From: Chrysomallon squamiferum
Lineage: Eukaryota > Animalia > Mollusca
Assembly (NCBI GenBank): GCA_012295275.1
Contig: CM022665.1
Coordinates: 48,980,001-49,044,000, forward strand
Direction of reading: 5' to 3'
DNA: 64,000 nt
The translations under genes were made by a program, and so were the position numbers. Positions 52,223 to 64,000 of this stretch are shown piece by piece; the first letter of the stretch is position 1, and the number at the start of each line of letters is the position of its first letter. The notes beneath the pieces were generated by a model. It worked only from the letters and a program-made list of their open reading frames with translations, did not search any database and was not told the DNA's origin.

Positions 52223-52807
52223 TCCGTACCTTTTGTTCGTTCATCCATTCATTCAATCATTCATATTTTTTTTAGAAGTTATAAAATTTCATCACCACCC
52301 ATTCACGCGAAACTTCCGATCTTTTCCTAGTGAAGTACACAGTTTCTAAACACGTGTCTGACCCAATTAAATATTTGAAAATCTAATTATGAAAGCATAA
52401 TGAAAATTCTATCGATGCAATGCAAAGTTTCAAGACCTTTACAGAACATTTTAAAGGGAAACGTCACAAGTACGCACGTTGTTTTCTTCGGGGTAATAAC
52501 GTTTTTATATCGAGAAGGTTAATGTTGAAGGTTTGGCCACAAGCGCTAGCAACAGCTTGGTATTTACTACCTGTCGCTAAGCGCAGACTGACATGCGCAT
52601 CGAAAGCTAATGTGCTACGCTTTATAATGAATTATTTTACTGCTCCTAATAACTGAAAACGATGTTAAGAAATCGTTTGGAAATAATTATAATGTTTACA
52701 CGAACAACAAACACGAAAACAAAATTCAATTTACTTTCACCATATGGTGAAAGAGTACATCCCTGTGAAGAACTTGAAATAAACGTGATATGAATGTACA
52801 TCGTGTG

Positions 52808-52878
52808 GCGTCGGTGGTGTAACGGTTAGCATGGTTGCCTTCAAGCAGTCGATCCGGGTTCGACTCCCGGCCGACGCA
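52808..52878 (+). tRNA. tRNA-Gly-TCC: tRNA-Gly(TCC), 1-nt deletion in the anticodon loop
   Basis: CTTCAA instead of CTTCCAA. Confidence 0.75.
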
Positions 52879-53455
52879 TCCGTAATAATTTTGCTTCTTG
52901 AATGCATTCATTTTACCACAGCAAGTCCGACTGTAGTCCACTACTGATTAATATTCTCTTGCTGTTACCTTCCCGACTCACATAAATCATAACAAAGTGT
53001 TCGAAACATTCAGCCTCGAAACGAAGGTATGAGGGAACATGTACTCGAAGGCTTCAAAACCTTTTCAGTTGTCTTAAGACAAATCACAATATTATTTATT
53101 GTCACAGAAAATACGTCAACTGAAAACTCACCCGGTCAGTGTTGTGATAACAATCGAAAGATGAGGAAAAAGGGCGTCTTCATGTAGCAACAGCTTGGTG
53201 TTGCCAAGAGCTTTGGGCTAAAGTGGACTTCCTCCTTCAAGACGACGGATATTACGTTTAAGCAACACGATTTCAACAGATTTTTTTTTCGTTACCTGTT
53301 ATGTTATTCCGCGTTTAGATAGCTTTTGAAGGAGTGTGGCATCAAAGACGGGGACGATTTACACATTGTAGTAACAGTGTGTTTTTTTTCCTTTCCAACG
53401 CCTGCGATGAAGAAAACACCGTGTCAGGACACATTTCTAAAATGCACATAATATG

Positions 53456-53527
53456 GCGTCGGTGGTGTAACGGTTAGCATGGTTGCCTTCCAAGCAGTCG
53501 ATCCGGGTTCGACTCCCGGCCGACGCA
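53456..53527 (+). tRNA. tRNA-Gly-TCC: tRNA-Gly(TCC)
   Basis: 72-nt cloverleaf GCGTCGG...CCGACGC-A; anticodon loop CT-TCC-AA; B box GGTTCGACTCC. Confidence 0.96.
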
Positions 53528-54112
53528 TCCGTACCTTTTGTTCGTTCATCCATTCATTCAATCATTCATATTTTTTTTAGAAGTTATAAAATTTCATCAC
53601 CACCCATTCACGCGAAACTTCCGATCTATTCCTAGTGAAGTACACAGTTTCTAAACACGTGTCTGACCCAATTAAATATTTGAAAATCTAATTATGAAAG
53701 CATAATGAAAATTCTATCGATGCAATGCAAAGTTTCAAGACCTTTACAGAACATTTTAAAGGGAAACGTCACAAGTACGCACGTTGTTTTCTTCGGGGTA
53801 ATAACGTTTTTATATCGAGAAGGTTAATGTTGAAGGTTTGGCCACAAGCGCTAGCAACAGCTTGGTATTTACTACCTGTCGCTAAGCGCAGACTGACATG
53901 CGCATCGAAAGCTAATGTGCTACGCTTTATAATGAATTATTTTACTGCTCCTAATAACTGAAAACGATGTTAAGAAATCGTTTGGAAATAATTATAATGT
54001 TTACACGAACAACAAACACGAAAACAAAATTCAATTTACTTTCACCATATGGTGAAAGAGTACATCCCTGTGAAGAACTTGAAATAAACGTGATATGAAT
54101 GTACATCGTGTG

Positions 54113-54184
54113 GCGTCGGTGGTGTAACGGTTAGCATGGTTGCCTTCCAAGCAGTCGATCCGGGTTCGACTCCCGGCCGACGCA
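54113..54184 (+). tRNA. tRNA-Gly-TCC: tRNA-Gly(TCC)
   Basis: Intact copy. Confidence 0.96.
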
Positions 54185-54758
54185 TCCGTAATAATTTTGC
54201 TTCTTGAATGCATTCATTTTACCACAGCAAGTCCGACTGTAGTCCACTACTGATTAATATTCTCTTGCTGTTACCTTCCCGACTCACATAAATCATAACA
54301 AAGTGTTCGAAACATTCAGCCTCGAAACGAAGGTATGAGGGAACATGTACTCGAAGGCTTCAAAACCTTTTCAGTTGTCTTAAGACAAATCACAATATTA
54401 TTTATTGTCACAGAAAATACGTCAACTGAAAACTCACCCGGTCAGTGTTGTGATAACAATCGAAAGATGAGGAAAAAGGGCGTCTTCATGTAGCAACAGC
54501 TTGGTGTTGCCAAGAGCTTTGGGCTAAGTGGACTTCCTCCTTCAAGACGACGGATATTACGTTTAAGCAACACGATTTCAACATTTTTTTTTTCGTTACC
54601 TGTTATGTTATTCCGCGTTTAGATAGCTTTTGAAGGAGTGTGGCATCAAAGACGGGGACGATTTACACATTGTAGTAACAGTGTGTTTTTTTCCTTTCCA
54701 ACGCCTGCGATGAAGAAAACACCGTGTCAGGACACATTTCTGAAATGCACATAATATG

Positions 54759-54827
54759 GCGTCGGTGGTGTAACGGTTAGCATGGTTCTTCAAGCAGTCG
54801 ATCCGGGTTCGACTCCCGGCCGACGCA
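54759..54827 (+). tRNA. tRNA-Gly-TCC: tRNA-Gly, 3 nt missing in the anticodon arm (pseudo-copy or error)
   Basis: GGTTCTTCAAGC. Confidence 0.65.
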
Positions 54828-55411
54828 TCCGTACTTTTGTTCGTTCATCCATTCATTCAATCATTCATATTTTTTTTAGAAGTTATAAAATTTCATCACC
54901 ACCCATTCACGCGAAACTTCCGATCTATTCCTAGTGAAGTACACAGTTTCTAAACACGTGTCTGACCCAATTAAATATTTGAAAATCTAATTATGAAAGC
55001 ATAATGAAAATTCTATCGATGCAATGCAAAGTTTCAAGACCTTTACAGAACATTTTAAAGGGAAACGTCACAAGTACGCACGTTATTTTCTTCGGGGTAA
55101 TAACGTTTTTATATCGAGAAGGTTAATGTTGAAGGTTTGGCCACAAGCGCTAGCAACAGCTTGGTATTTACTACCTGTCGCTAAGCGCAGACTGACATGC
55201 GCATCGAAAGCTAATGTGCTACGCTTTATAATGAATTATTTTACTGCTCCTAATAACTGAAAACGATGTTAAGAAATCGTTTGGAAATAATTATAATGTT
55301 TACACGAACAACAAACACGAAAACAAAATTCAATTTACTTTCACCATATGGTGAAAGAGTACATCCCTGTGAAGAACTTGAAATAAACGTGATATGAATG
55401 TACATCGTGTG

Positions 55412-55483
55412 GCGTCGGTGGTGTAACGGTTAGCATGGTTGCCTTCCAAGCAGTCGATCCGGGTTCGACTCCCGGCCGACGCA
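55412..55483 (+). tRNA. tRNA-Gly-TCC: tRNA-Gly(TCC)
   Basis: Intact copy. Confidence 0.96.
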
Positions 55484-56062
55484 TCCGTAATAATTTTGCT
55501 TCTTGAATGCATTCATTTTACCACAGCAAGTCCGACTGTAGTCCACTACTGATTAATATTCTCTTGCTGTTACCTTCCCGACTCACATAAATCATAACAA
55601 AGTGTTCGAAACATTCAGCCTCGAAACGAAGGTATGAGGGAACATGTACTCGAAGGCTTCAAAACCTTTTCAGTTGTCTTAAGACAAATCACAATATTAT
55701 TTATTGTCACAGAAAATACGTCAACTGAAAACTCACCCGGTCAGTGTTGTGATAACAATCGAAAGATGAGGAAAAAGGGCGTCTTCATGTAGCAACAGCT
55801 TGGTGTTGCCAAGAGCTTTGGGCTAAAGTGGACTTCCTCCTTCAAGACGACGGATATTACGTTTAAGCAACACGATTTCAACAGCTTTTTTTTTTTCGTT
55901 ACCTGTTATGTTATTCCGCGTTTAGATAGCTTTTGAAGGAGTGTGGCATCAAAGACGGGGACGATTTACACATTGTAGTAACAGTGTGTTTTTTTCCTTT
56001 CCAACGCCTGCGATGAAGAAAACACCGTGTCAGGACACATTTCTGAAAATGCACATCGTGTG

Positions 56063-56134
56063 GCGTCGGTGGTGTAACGGTTAGCATGGTTGCCTTCCAA
56101 GCAGTCGATCCGGGTTCGACTCCCGGCCGACGCA
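56063..56134 (+). tRNA. tRNA-Gly-TCC: tRNA-Gly(TCC)
   Basis: Intact copy. Confidence 0.96.
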
Positions 56135-56719
56135 TCCGTACCTTTTGTTCGTTCATCCATTCATTCAATCATTCATATTTTTTTTAGAAGTTATAAAATT
56201 TCATCACCACCCATTCACGCGAAACTTCCGATCTATTCCTAGTGAAGTACACAGTTTCTAAACACGTGTCTGACCCAATTAAATATTTGAAAATCTAATT
56301 ATGAAAGCATAATGAAAATTCTATCGATGCAATGCAAAGTTTCAAGACCTTTACAGAACATTTTAAAGGGAAACGTCACAAGTACGCACGTTGTTTTCTT
56401 CGGGGTAATAACGTTTTTATATCGAGAAGGTTAATGTTGAAGGTTTGGCCACAAGCGCTAGCAACAGCTTGGTATTTACTACCTGTCGCTAAGCGCAGAC
56501 TGACATGCGCATCGAAAGCTAATGTGCTACGCTTTATAATGAATTATTTTACTGCTCCTAATAACTGAAAACGATGTTAAGAAATCGTTTGGAAATAATT
56601 ATAATGTTTACACGAACAACAAACACGAAAACAAAATTCAATTTACTTTCACCATATGGTGAAAGAGTACATCCCTGTGAAGAACTTGAAATAAACGTGA
56701 TATGAATGTACATCGTGTG

Positions 56720-56791
56720 GCGTCGGTGGTGTAACGGTTAGCATGGTTGCCTTCCAAGCAGTCGATCCGGGTTCGACTCCCGGCCGACGCA
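56720..56791 (+). tRNA. tRNA-Gly-TCC: tRNA-Gly(TCC)
   Basis: Intact copy. Confidence 0.96.
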
Positions 56792-57367
56792 TCCGTAATA
56801 ATTTTGCTTCTTGAATGCATTCATTTTACCACAGCAAGTCCGACTGTAGTCCACTACTGATTAATATTCTCTTGCTGTTACCTTCCCGACTCACATAAAT
56901 CATAACAAAGTGTTCGAAACATTCAGCCTCGAAACGAAGGTATGAGGGAACATGTACTCGAAGGCTTCAAAACCTTTTCAGTTGTCTTAAGACAAATCAC
57001 AATATTATTTATTGTCACAGAAAATACGTCAACTGAAAACTCACCCGGTCAGTGTTGTGATAACAATCGAAAGATGAGGAAAAAGGGCGTCTTCATGTAG
57101 CAACAGCTTGGTGTTGCCAAGAGCTTTGGGCTAAAGTGGACTTCCTCCTTCAAGACGACGGATATTACGTTTAAGCAACACGATTTCAACAGATTTTTTT
57201 TTCGTTACCTGTTATGTTATTCCGCGTTTAGATAGCTTTTGAAGGAGTGTGGCATCAAAGACGGGGACGATTTACACATTGTAGTAACAGTGTGTTTTTT
57301 TCCTTTCCAACGCCTGCGATGAAGAAAACACCGTGTCAGGACACATTTCTAAAATGCACATAATATG

Positions 57368-57439
57368 GCGTCGGTGGTGTAACGGTTAGCATGGTTGCCT
57401 TCCAAGCAGTCGATCCGGGTTCGACTCCCGGCCGACGCA
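57368..57439 (+). tRNA. tRNA-Gly-TCC: tRNA-Gly(TCC)
   Basis: Intact copy. Confidence 0.96.
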
Positions 57440-58024
57440 TCCGTACCTTTTGTTCGTTCATCCATTCATTCAATCATTCATATTTTTTTTAGAAGTTATA
57501 AAATTTCATCACCACCCATTCACGCGAAACTTCCGATCTATTCCTAGTGAAGTACACAGTTTCTAAACACGTGTCTGACCCAATTAAATATTTGAAAATC
57601 TAATTATGAAAGCATAATGAAAATTCTATCGATGCAATGCAAAGTTTCAAGACCTTTACAGAACATTTTAAAGGGAAACGTCACAAGTACGCACGTTATT
57701 TTCTTCGGGGTAATAACGTTTTTATATCGAGAAGGTTAATGTTGAAGGTTTGGCCACAAGCGCTAGCAACAGCTTGGTATTTACTACCTGTCGCTAAGCG
57801 CAGACTGACATGCGCATCGAAAGCTAATGTGCTACGCTTTATAATGAATTATTTTACTGCTCCTAATAACTGAAAACGATGTTAAGAAATCGTTTGGAAA
57901 TAATTATAATGTTTACACGAACAACAAACACGAAAACAAAATTCAATTTACTTTCACCATATGGTGAAAGAGTACATCCCTGTGAAGAACTTGAAATAAA
58001 CGTGATATGAATGTACATCGTGTG

Positions 58025-58100
58025 GCGTCGTCGGTGGTGTAACGGTTAGCATGGTTGCCTTTCCAAGCAGTCGATCCGGGTTCGACTCCCGGCCGACGCA
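58025..58100 (+). tRNA. tRNA-Gly-TCC: tRNA-Gly with small insertions (pseudo-copy or error)
   Basis: GCGTCGTCGG and CTTTCCAA. Confidence 0.65.
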
Positions 58101-58686
58101 TCCGTAATAATTTTGCTTCTTGAATGCATTCATTTTACCACAGCAAGTCCGACTGTAGTCCACTACTGATTAATATTCTCTTGCTGTTACCTTCCCGACT
58201 CACATAAATCATAACAAAGTGTTCGAAACATTCAGCCTCGAAACGAAGGTATGAGGGAACATGTACTCGAAGGCTTCAAAACCTTTTCAGTTGTCTTAAG
58301 ACAAATCACAATATTATTTATTGTCACAGAAAATACGTCAACTGAAAACTCACCCGGTCAGTGTTGTGATAACAATCGAAAGATGAGGAAAAGGTTAATG
58401 TCTTCATGTAGCAACAGCTTGGTGTTGCCAAGAGCTTTGGGCTAAAGTGGACTTCCTCCTTCAAGACGACGGATATTACGTTTAAGCAACACGATTTCAA
58501 CAGATTTTTTTTTCGTTACCTGTTATGTTATTTCGCGTTTAGATAGCTTTTTGAAAGGTGTGGCATCAAAGACGGGGACGAACAACAAACACGAAAAACA
58601 AAATTCAATTGTGTTTTTCACCCTTCCAACGCCTGCGATGAAGAAAACACCGTGTCAGGACACATTTCTAAAATGCACATAATATG

Positions 58687-58758
58687 GCGTCGGTGGTGTA
58701 ACGGTTAGCATGGTTGCCTTCCAAGCAGTCGATCCGGGTTCGACTCCCGGCCGACGCA
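58687..58758 (+). tRNA. tRNA-Gly-TCC: tRNA-Gly(TCC)
   Basis: Intact copy. Confidence 0.95.
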
Positions 58759-59369
58759 TCCGTAATTTTTGTTCGTTCATCCATTCATTCAATCATTCAT
58801 TTTTTTAGAAGTTATAAAATTTCATCACCACCCATTCACGCGAAACTTCCGATCTATTCCTAGTGACCTTACACAGTTTCTAAACACGTGTCTGACCCAA
58901 TTAAATATTTGAAAATCTAAAACGAAAGCATAATGAAAATTCTATCGATGCAATGCAAAGTTTCAAGACCTTTACAGAACATTTTAAAGGGAAACGTCAC
59001 AGAAAATACGTCAACTGAAATTTTCTTCTCGGGGTAATAACGTTTTATATCAATCGAGAAGGTTAATGTTGAAGGTTTGGCCACAAGCGCTAGCAACAGC
59101 TTGGTATTTACTACCTGTCGCTAAGCGCAGACTGACATGCTTCATCGAACGACTAATATTACGCTTTATAATGAATTATTTTACTGCTCTAATTGAAAAC
59201 GATGTTAAGAAATCGTTTGGAAATAATTATAATAGCTTTTAAGGACGAACAACAAACACAAAAACAAAATTCAATTTACTTTCACCATATGGTGAAAACA
59301 GTGTGTTTTTTTCCCTTCCAACGCCTGCGATGAAAAAAACGTGTCAGGATATGAAATGCACATAATATG

Positions 59370-59441
59370 GCGTCGGTGGTGTAACGGTTAGCATGGTTGC
59401 CTTCCAAGCAGTCGATCCGGGTTCGACTCCCGGCCGACGCA
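59370..59441 (+). tRNA. tRNA-Gly-TCC: tRNA-Gly(TCC)
   Basis: Intact copy. Confidence 0.95.
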
Positions 59442-60028
59442 TCCGTATAATTTTGTTCGTTCATCCATTCATTCAATCATTCATTCATTTTTTTAGAAGT
59501 TATAAAATTTCATCACCACCCATTCACGCGAAACTTCCGATCTATTCCTAGTGAAGTACACAGTTTCTAAACACGTGTCTGACCCAATTAAATATTTGAA
59601 AATCTAATTATGAAAGCATAATGAAAATTCTATCGATGCAATGCAAAGTTTCAAGACCTTTACAGAACATTTTAAAGGGAAACGTCACAAGTACGCACGT
59701 TATTTTCTTCGGGGTAATAACGTTTTTATATCGAGAAGGTTAATGTTGAAGGTTTGGCCACAAGCGCTAGCAACAGCTTGGTATTTACTACCTGTCGCTA
59801 AGCGCAGACTGACATGCGCATCGAAAGCTAATGTGCTACGCTTTATAATGAATTATTTTACTGCTCCTAATAACTGAAAACGATGTTAAGAAATCGTTTG
59901 GAAATAATTATAATGTTTACACGAACAACAAACACGAAAACAAAATTCAATTTACTTTCACCATATGGTGAAAGAGTACATCCCTGTGAAGAACTTGAAA
60001 TAAACGTGATATGAATGTACATCGTGTG

Positions 60029-60100
60029 GCGTCGGTGGTGTAACGGTTAGCATGGTTGCCTTCCAAGCAGTCGATCCGGGTTCGACTCCCGGCCGACGCA
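60029..60100 (+). tRNA. tRNA-Gly-TCC: tRNA-Gly(TCC)
   Basis: Intact copy. Confidence 0.96.
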
Positions 60101-60694
60101 TCCGTACCTTTTGTTCGTTCATCCATTCATTCAATCATTCATATTTTTTTTAGAAGTTATAAAATTTCATCACCACCCATTCACGCGAAACTTCCGATCT
60201 ATTCTATAGTAAAAGTACACAGTTTCTAAACACGTGTCTGACCCAATTAAATATTTGAAAATCTAATTATGAAAGCATAATGAAAATTCTATCGATGCAA
60301 TGCAAAGTTTCAAGACCTTTACAGAACATTTTAAAGGGAAACGTCACAAGTACGCACGTTGTTTTCTTCGGGGTAATAACGTTTTTATATCGAGAAGGTT
60401 AATGTTGAAGGTTTGGCCACAAGCGCTAGCAACAGCTTGGTATTTACTACCTGTCGCTAAGCGCAGACTGACATGCGCATCGAAAGCTAATGTGCTACGC
60501 TACGCTTTTTATAATGAATTATTTTACTGCTTCTAATAACTGAAAACGATGTTAAGAAATCGTTTGGAAATAATTATAATGTTTACACGAACAACAAACA
60601 CGAAAACAAAATTCAATTTACTTTCACCATATGGTGAAAGAGTACATCCCTGTGAAGAACTTGAAATAAACGTGATATGAATGTACATCGTGTG

Positions 60695-60766
60695 GCGTCG
60701 GTGGTGTAACGGTTAGCATGGTTGCCTTCCAAGCAGTCGATCCGGGTTCGACTCCCGGCCGACGCA
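60695..60766 (+). tRNA. tRNA-Gly-TCC: tRNA-Gly(TCC)
   Basis: Intact copy. Confidence 0.96.
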
Positions 60767-61342
60767 TCCGTAATAATTTTGCTTCTTGAATGCATTCATT
60801 TTACCACAGCAAGTCCGACTGTAGTCCACTACTGATTAATATTCTCTTGCTGTTACCTTCCCGACTCACATAAATCATAACAAAGTGTTCGAAACATTCA
60901 GCCTCGAAACGAAGGTATGAGGGAACATGTACTCGAAGGCTTCAAAACCTTTTCAGTTGTCTTAAGACAAATCACAATATTATTTATTGTCACAGAAAAT
61001 ACGTCAACTGAAAACTCACCCGGTCAGTGTTGTGATAACAATCGAAAGATGAGGAAAAAGGGCGTCTTCATGTAGCAACAGCTTGGTGTTGCCAAGAGCT
61101 TTGGGCTAAAGTGGACTTCCTCCTTCAAGACGACGGATATTACGTTTAAGCAACACGATTTCAACAGATTTTTTTTTCGTTACCTGTTATGTTATTCCGC
61201 GTTTAGATAGCTTTTGAAGGAGTGTGGCATCAAAGACGGGGACGATTTACACATTGTAGTAACAGTGTGTTTTTTTCCTTTCCAACGCCTGCGATGAAGA
61301 AAACACCGTGTCAGGACACATTTCTAAAATGCACATAATATG

Positions 61343-61414
61343 GCGTCGGTGGTGTAACGGTTAGCATGGTTGCCTTCCAAGCAGTCGATCCGGGTTCGAC
61401 TCCCGGCCGACGCA
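61343..61414 (+). tRNA. tRNA-Gly-TCC: tRNA-Gly(TCC)
   Basis: Intact copy. Confidence 0.96.
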
Positions 61415-61995
61415 TCCGTACTTTTGTTCGTTCATCCATTCATTCAATCATTCATATTTTTTAGAAGTTATAAAATTTCATCACCACCCATTCACGCGAA
61501 ACTTCCGATCTATTCCTAGTGAAGTACACAGTTTCTAAACACGTGTCTGACCCAATTAAATATTTGAAAATCTAATTATGAAAGCATAATGAAAATTCTA
61601 TCGATGCAATGCAAAGTTTCAAGACCTTTACAGAACATTTTAAAGGGAAACGTCACAAGTACGCACGTTATTTTCTTCGGGGTAATAACGTTTTTATATC
61701 GAGAAGGTTAATGTTGAAGGTTTGGCCACAAGCGCTAGCAACAGCTTGGTATTTACTACCTGTCGCTAAGCGCAGACTGACATGCGCATCGAAAGCTAAT
61801 GTGCTACGCTTTATAATGAATTATTTTACTGCTCTAATAACTGAAAACGATGTTAAGAAATCGTTTGGAAATAATTATAATGTTTACACGAACAACAAAC
61901 ACGAAAACAAAATTCAATTTACTTTCACCATATGGTGAAAGAGTACATCCCTGTGAAGAACTTGAAATAAACGTGATATGAATGTACATCGTGTG

Positions 61996-62067
61996 GCGTC
62001 GGTGGTGTAACGGTTAGCATGGTTGCCTTCCAAGCAGTCGATCCGGGTTCGACTCCCGGCCGACGCA
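61996..62067 (+). tRNA. tRNA-Gly-TCC: tRNA-Gly(TCC)
   Basis: Intact copy. Confidence 0.96.
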
Positions 62068-62638
62068 TCCGTAATAATTTTGCTTCTTGAATGCATTCAT
62101 TTTACCACAGCAAGTCCGACTGTAGTCCACTACTGATTAATATTCTCTTGCTGTTACCTTCCCGACTCACATAAATCATAACAAAGTGTTCGAAACATTC
62201 AGCCTCGAAACGAAGGTATGAGGGAACATGTACTCGAAGGCTTCAAAACCTTTTCAGTTGTCTTAAGACAAATCACAATATTATTTATTGTCACAGAAAA
62301 TACGTCAACTGAAAACTCACCCGGTCAGTGTTGTGATAACAATCGAAAGATGAGGAAAAAGGGCGTCTTCATGTAGCAACAGCTTGGTGTTGCCAAGAGC
62401 TTTGGGCTAAAGTGGACTTCCTCCTTCAAGACGACGGATATTACGTTTAAGCAACACGATTTCAACAGATTTTTTTTCGTTACCTGTTATGTTATTCCGC
62501 GTTTAGATAGCTTTGAAGGAGTGTGGCATCAAAGACGGGGACGATTTACACATTGTAGTAACAGTGTTTTTTCCTTTCCAACGCCTGCGATGAAGAAAAC
62601 ACCGTGTCAGGACACATTTCTAAAATGCACATAATATG

Positions 62639-62710
62639 GCGTCGGTGGTGTAACGGTTAGCATGGTTGCCTTCCAAGCAGTCGATCCGGGTTCGACTCCC
62701 GGCCGACGCA
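62639..62710 (+). tRNA. tRNA-Gly-TCC: tRNA-Gly(TCC)
   Basis: Intact copy. Confidence 0.96.
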
Positions 62711-63293
62711 TCCGTACCTTTTGTTCGTTCATCCATTCATTCAATCATTCATATTTTTTTAGAAGTTATAAAATTTCATCACCACCCATTCACGCGAAAC
62801 TTCCGATCTATTCCTAGTGAAGTACACAGTTTCTAAACACGTGTCTGACCCAATTAAATATTTGAAAATCTAATTATGAAAGCATAATGAAAATTCTATC
62901 GATGCAATGCAAAGTTTCAAGACCTTTACAGAACATTTTAAAGGGAAACGTCACAAGTACGCACGTTATTTTCTTCGGGGTAATAACGTTTTTATATCGA
63001 GAAGGTTAATTTTGAAGGTTTGGCCACAAGCGCTAGCAACAGCTTGGTATTTACTACCTGTCGCTAAGCGCAGACTGACATGCGCATCGAAAGCTAATGT
63101 GCTACGCTTTATAATGAATTATTTTACTGCTCTAATAACTGAAAACGATGTTAAGAAATCGTTTGGAAATAATTATAATGTTTACACGAACAACAAACAC
63201 GAAAACAAAATTCAATTTACTTTCACCATATGGTGAAAGAGTACATCCCTGTGAAGAACTTGAAATAAACGTGATATGAATGTACATCGTGTG

Positions 63294-63365
63294 GCGTCGG
63301 TGGTGTAACGGTTAGCATGGTTGCCTTCCAAGCAGTCGATCCGGGTTCGACTCCCGGCCGACGCA
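63294..63365 (+). tRNA. tRNA-Gly-TCC: tRNA-Gly(TCC)
   Basis: Intact copy. Confidence 0.96.
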
Positions 63366-63942
63366 TCCGTAATAATTTTGCTTCTTGAATGCATTCATTT
63401 TACCACAGCAAGTCCGACTGTAGTCCACTACTGATTAATATTCTCTTGCTGTTACCTTCCCGACTCACATAAATCATAACAAAGTGTTCGAAACATTCAG
63501 CCTCGAAACGAAGGTATGAGGGAACATGTACTCGAAGGCTTCAAAACCTTTTCAGTTGTCTTAAGACAAAATCACAATATTATTTATTGTCACAGAAAAT
63601 ACGTCAACTGAAAACTCACCCGGTCAGTGTTGTGATAACAATCGAAAGATGAGGAAAAAGGGCGTCTTCATGTAGCAACAGCTTGGTGTTGCCAAGAGCT
63701 TTGGGCTAAAGTGGACTTCCTCCTTCAAGACGACGGATATTACGTTTAAGCAACACGATTTCAACAGATTTTTTTTTCGTTACCTGTTATGTTATTCCGC
63801 GTTTAGATAGCTTTTGAAGGAGTGTGGCATCAAAGACGGGGACGATTTACACATTGTAGTAACAGTGTGTTTTTTTCCTTTCCAACGCCTGCGATGAAGA
63901 AAACACCGTGTCAGGACACATTTCTAAAATGCACATAATATG

Positions 63943-64000
63943 GCGTCGGTGGTGTAACGGTTAGCATGGTTGCCTTCAAGCAGTCGATCCGGGTTCGACT
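63943..64000 (+). tRNA. tRNA-Gly-TCC: tRNA-Gly, cut by the window end; 1-nt loop deletion
   Basis: GCGTCGGTGG...GGGTTCGACT. Confidence 0.75.

Larger units (their letters stand above)
52191..64000 (+). repeat. tRNA-Gly(TCC) tandem array, ~1.3-kb dimer with alternating spacers A and B
   Basis: A tRNA every ~650 bp; two spacer types alternate. Confidence 0.97.

Noticed and set aside
52420-52656. Repeated 78-aa ORF (MQSFKTF...) in tRNA spacer A
   Set aside because: Recurs only because the array is homogenised; no recognisable domain or processing signals, and frameshifted in several units.
52808-52878. Possible TCA-anticodon (opal suppressor) tRNA, also at 63943
   Set aside because: A 1-nt deletion gives a 6-nt loop; most likely an indel error or defective Gly copy.
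52191-64000. CRISPR-like array of identical repeats
   Set aside because: The repeats are tRNA genes, the ~580-bp spacers are themselves repeated, the context is eukaryotic and there are no cas genes.

Overview
AT-rich, microsatellite-rich animal genomic DNA; the 5S sequence is of the type seen in molluscs, so probably a mollusc (inference). There is a 200-N gap at 2120-2319. Four compartments are visible. (1) A ~2.27-kb tandem repeat (2320-10334, ~3.5 units). Each unit carries a 5S rRNA gene (+), a 7SL/SRP RNA gene (-) and an intronless 100-aa non-histone coiled-coil ORF (+) whose 3' end has a replication-dependent-histone-type stem-loop and a purine-rich downstream element. (2) Five two-exon paralogs (-) encoding small actinoporin/aegerolysin-like beta-sandwich proteins with a C-terminal polybasic+CaaX (CVVS) prenylation signal, amplified by tandem and segmental duplication (14.5-44.6 kb). 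(3) Many fragments of a Tx1-clade LINE on both strands, two with 5' ends that abut tRNA-array-derived sequence. (4) A tRNA-Gly(TCC) tandem array with two alternating spacers (52.2-64 kb). The best candidate novel systems are the non-histone gene with a histone-type 3' end inside a 5S/7SL repeat, and the prenylatable actinoporin-like family. All family assignments are from motif recognition, not database searches.
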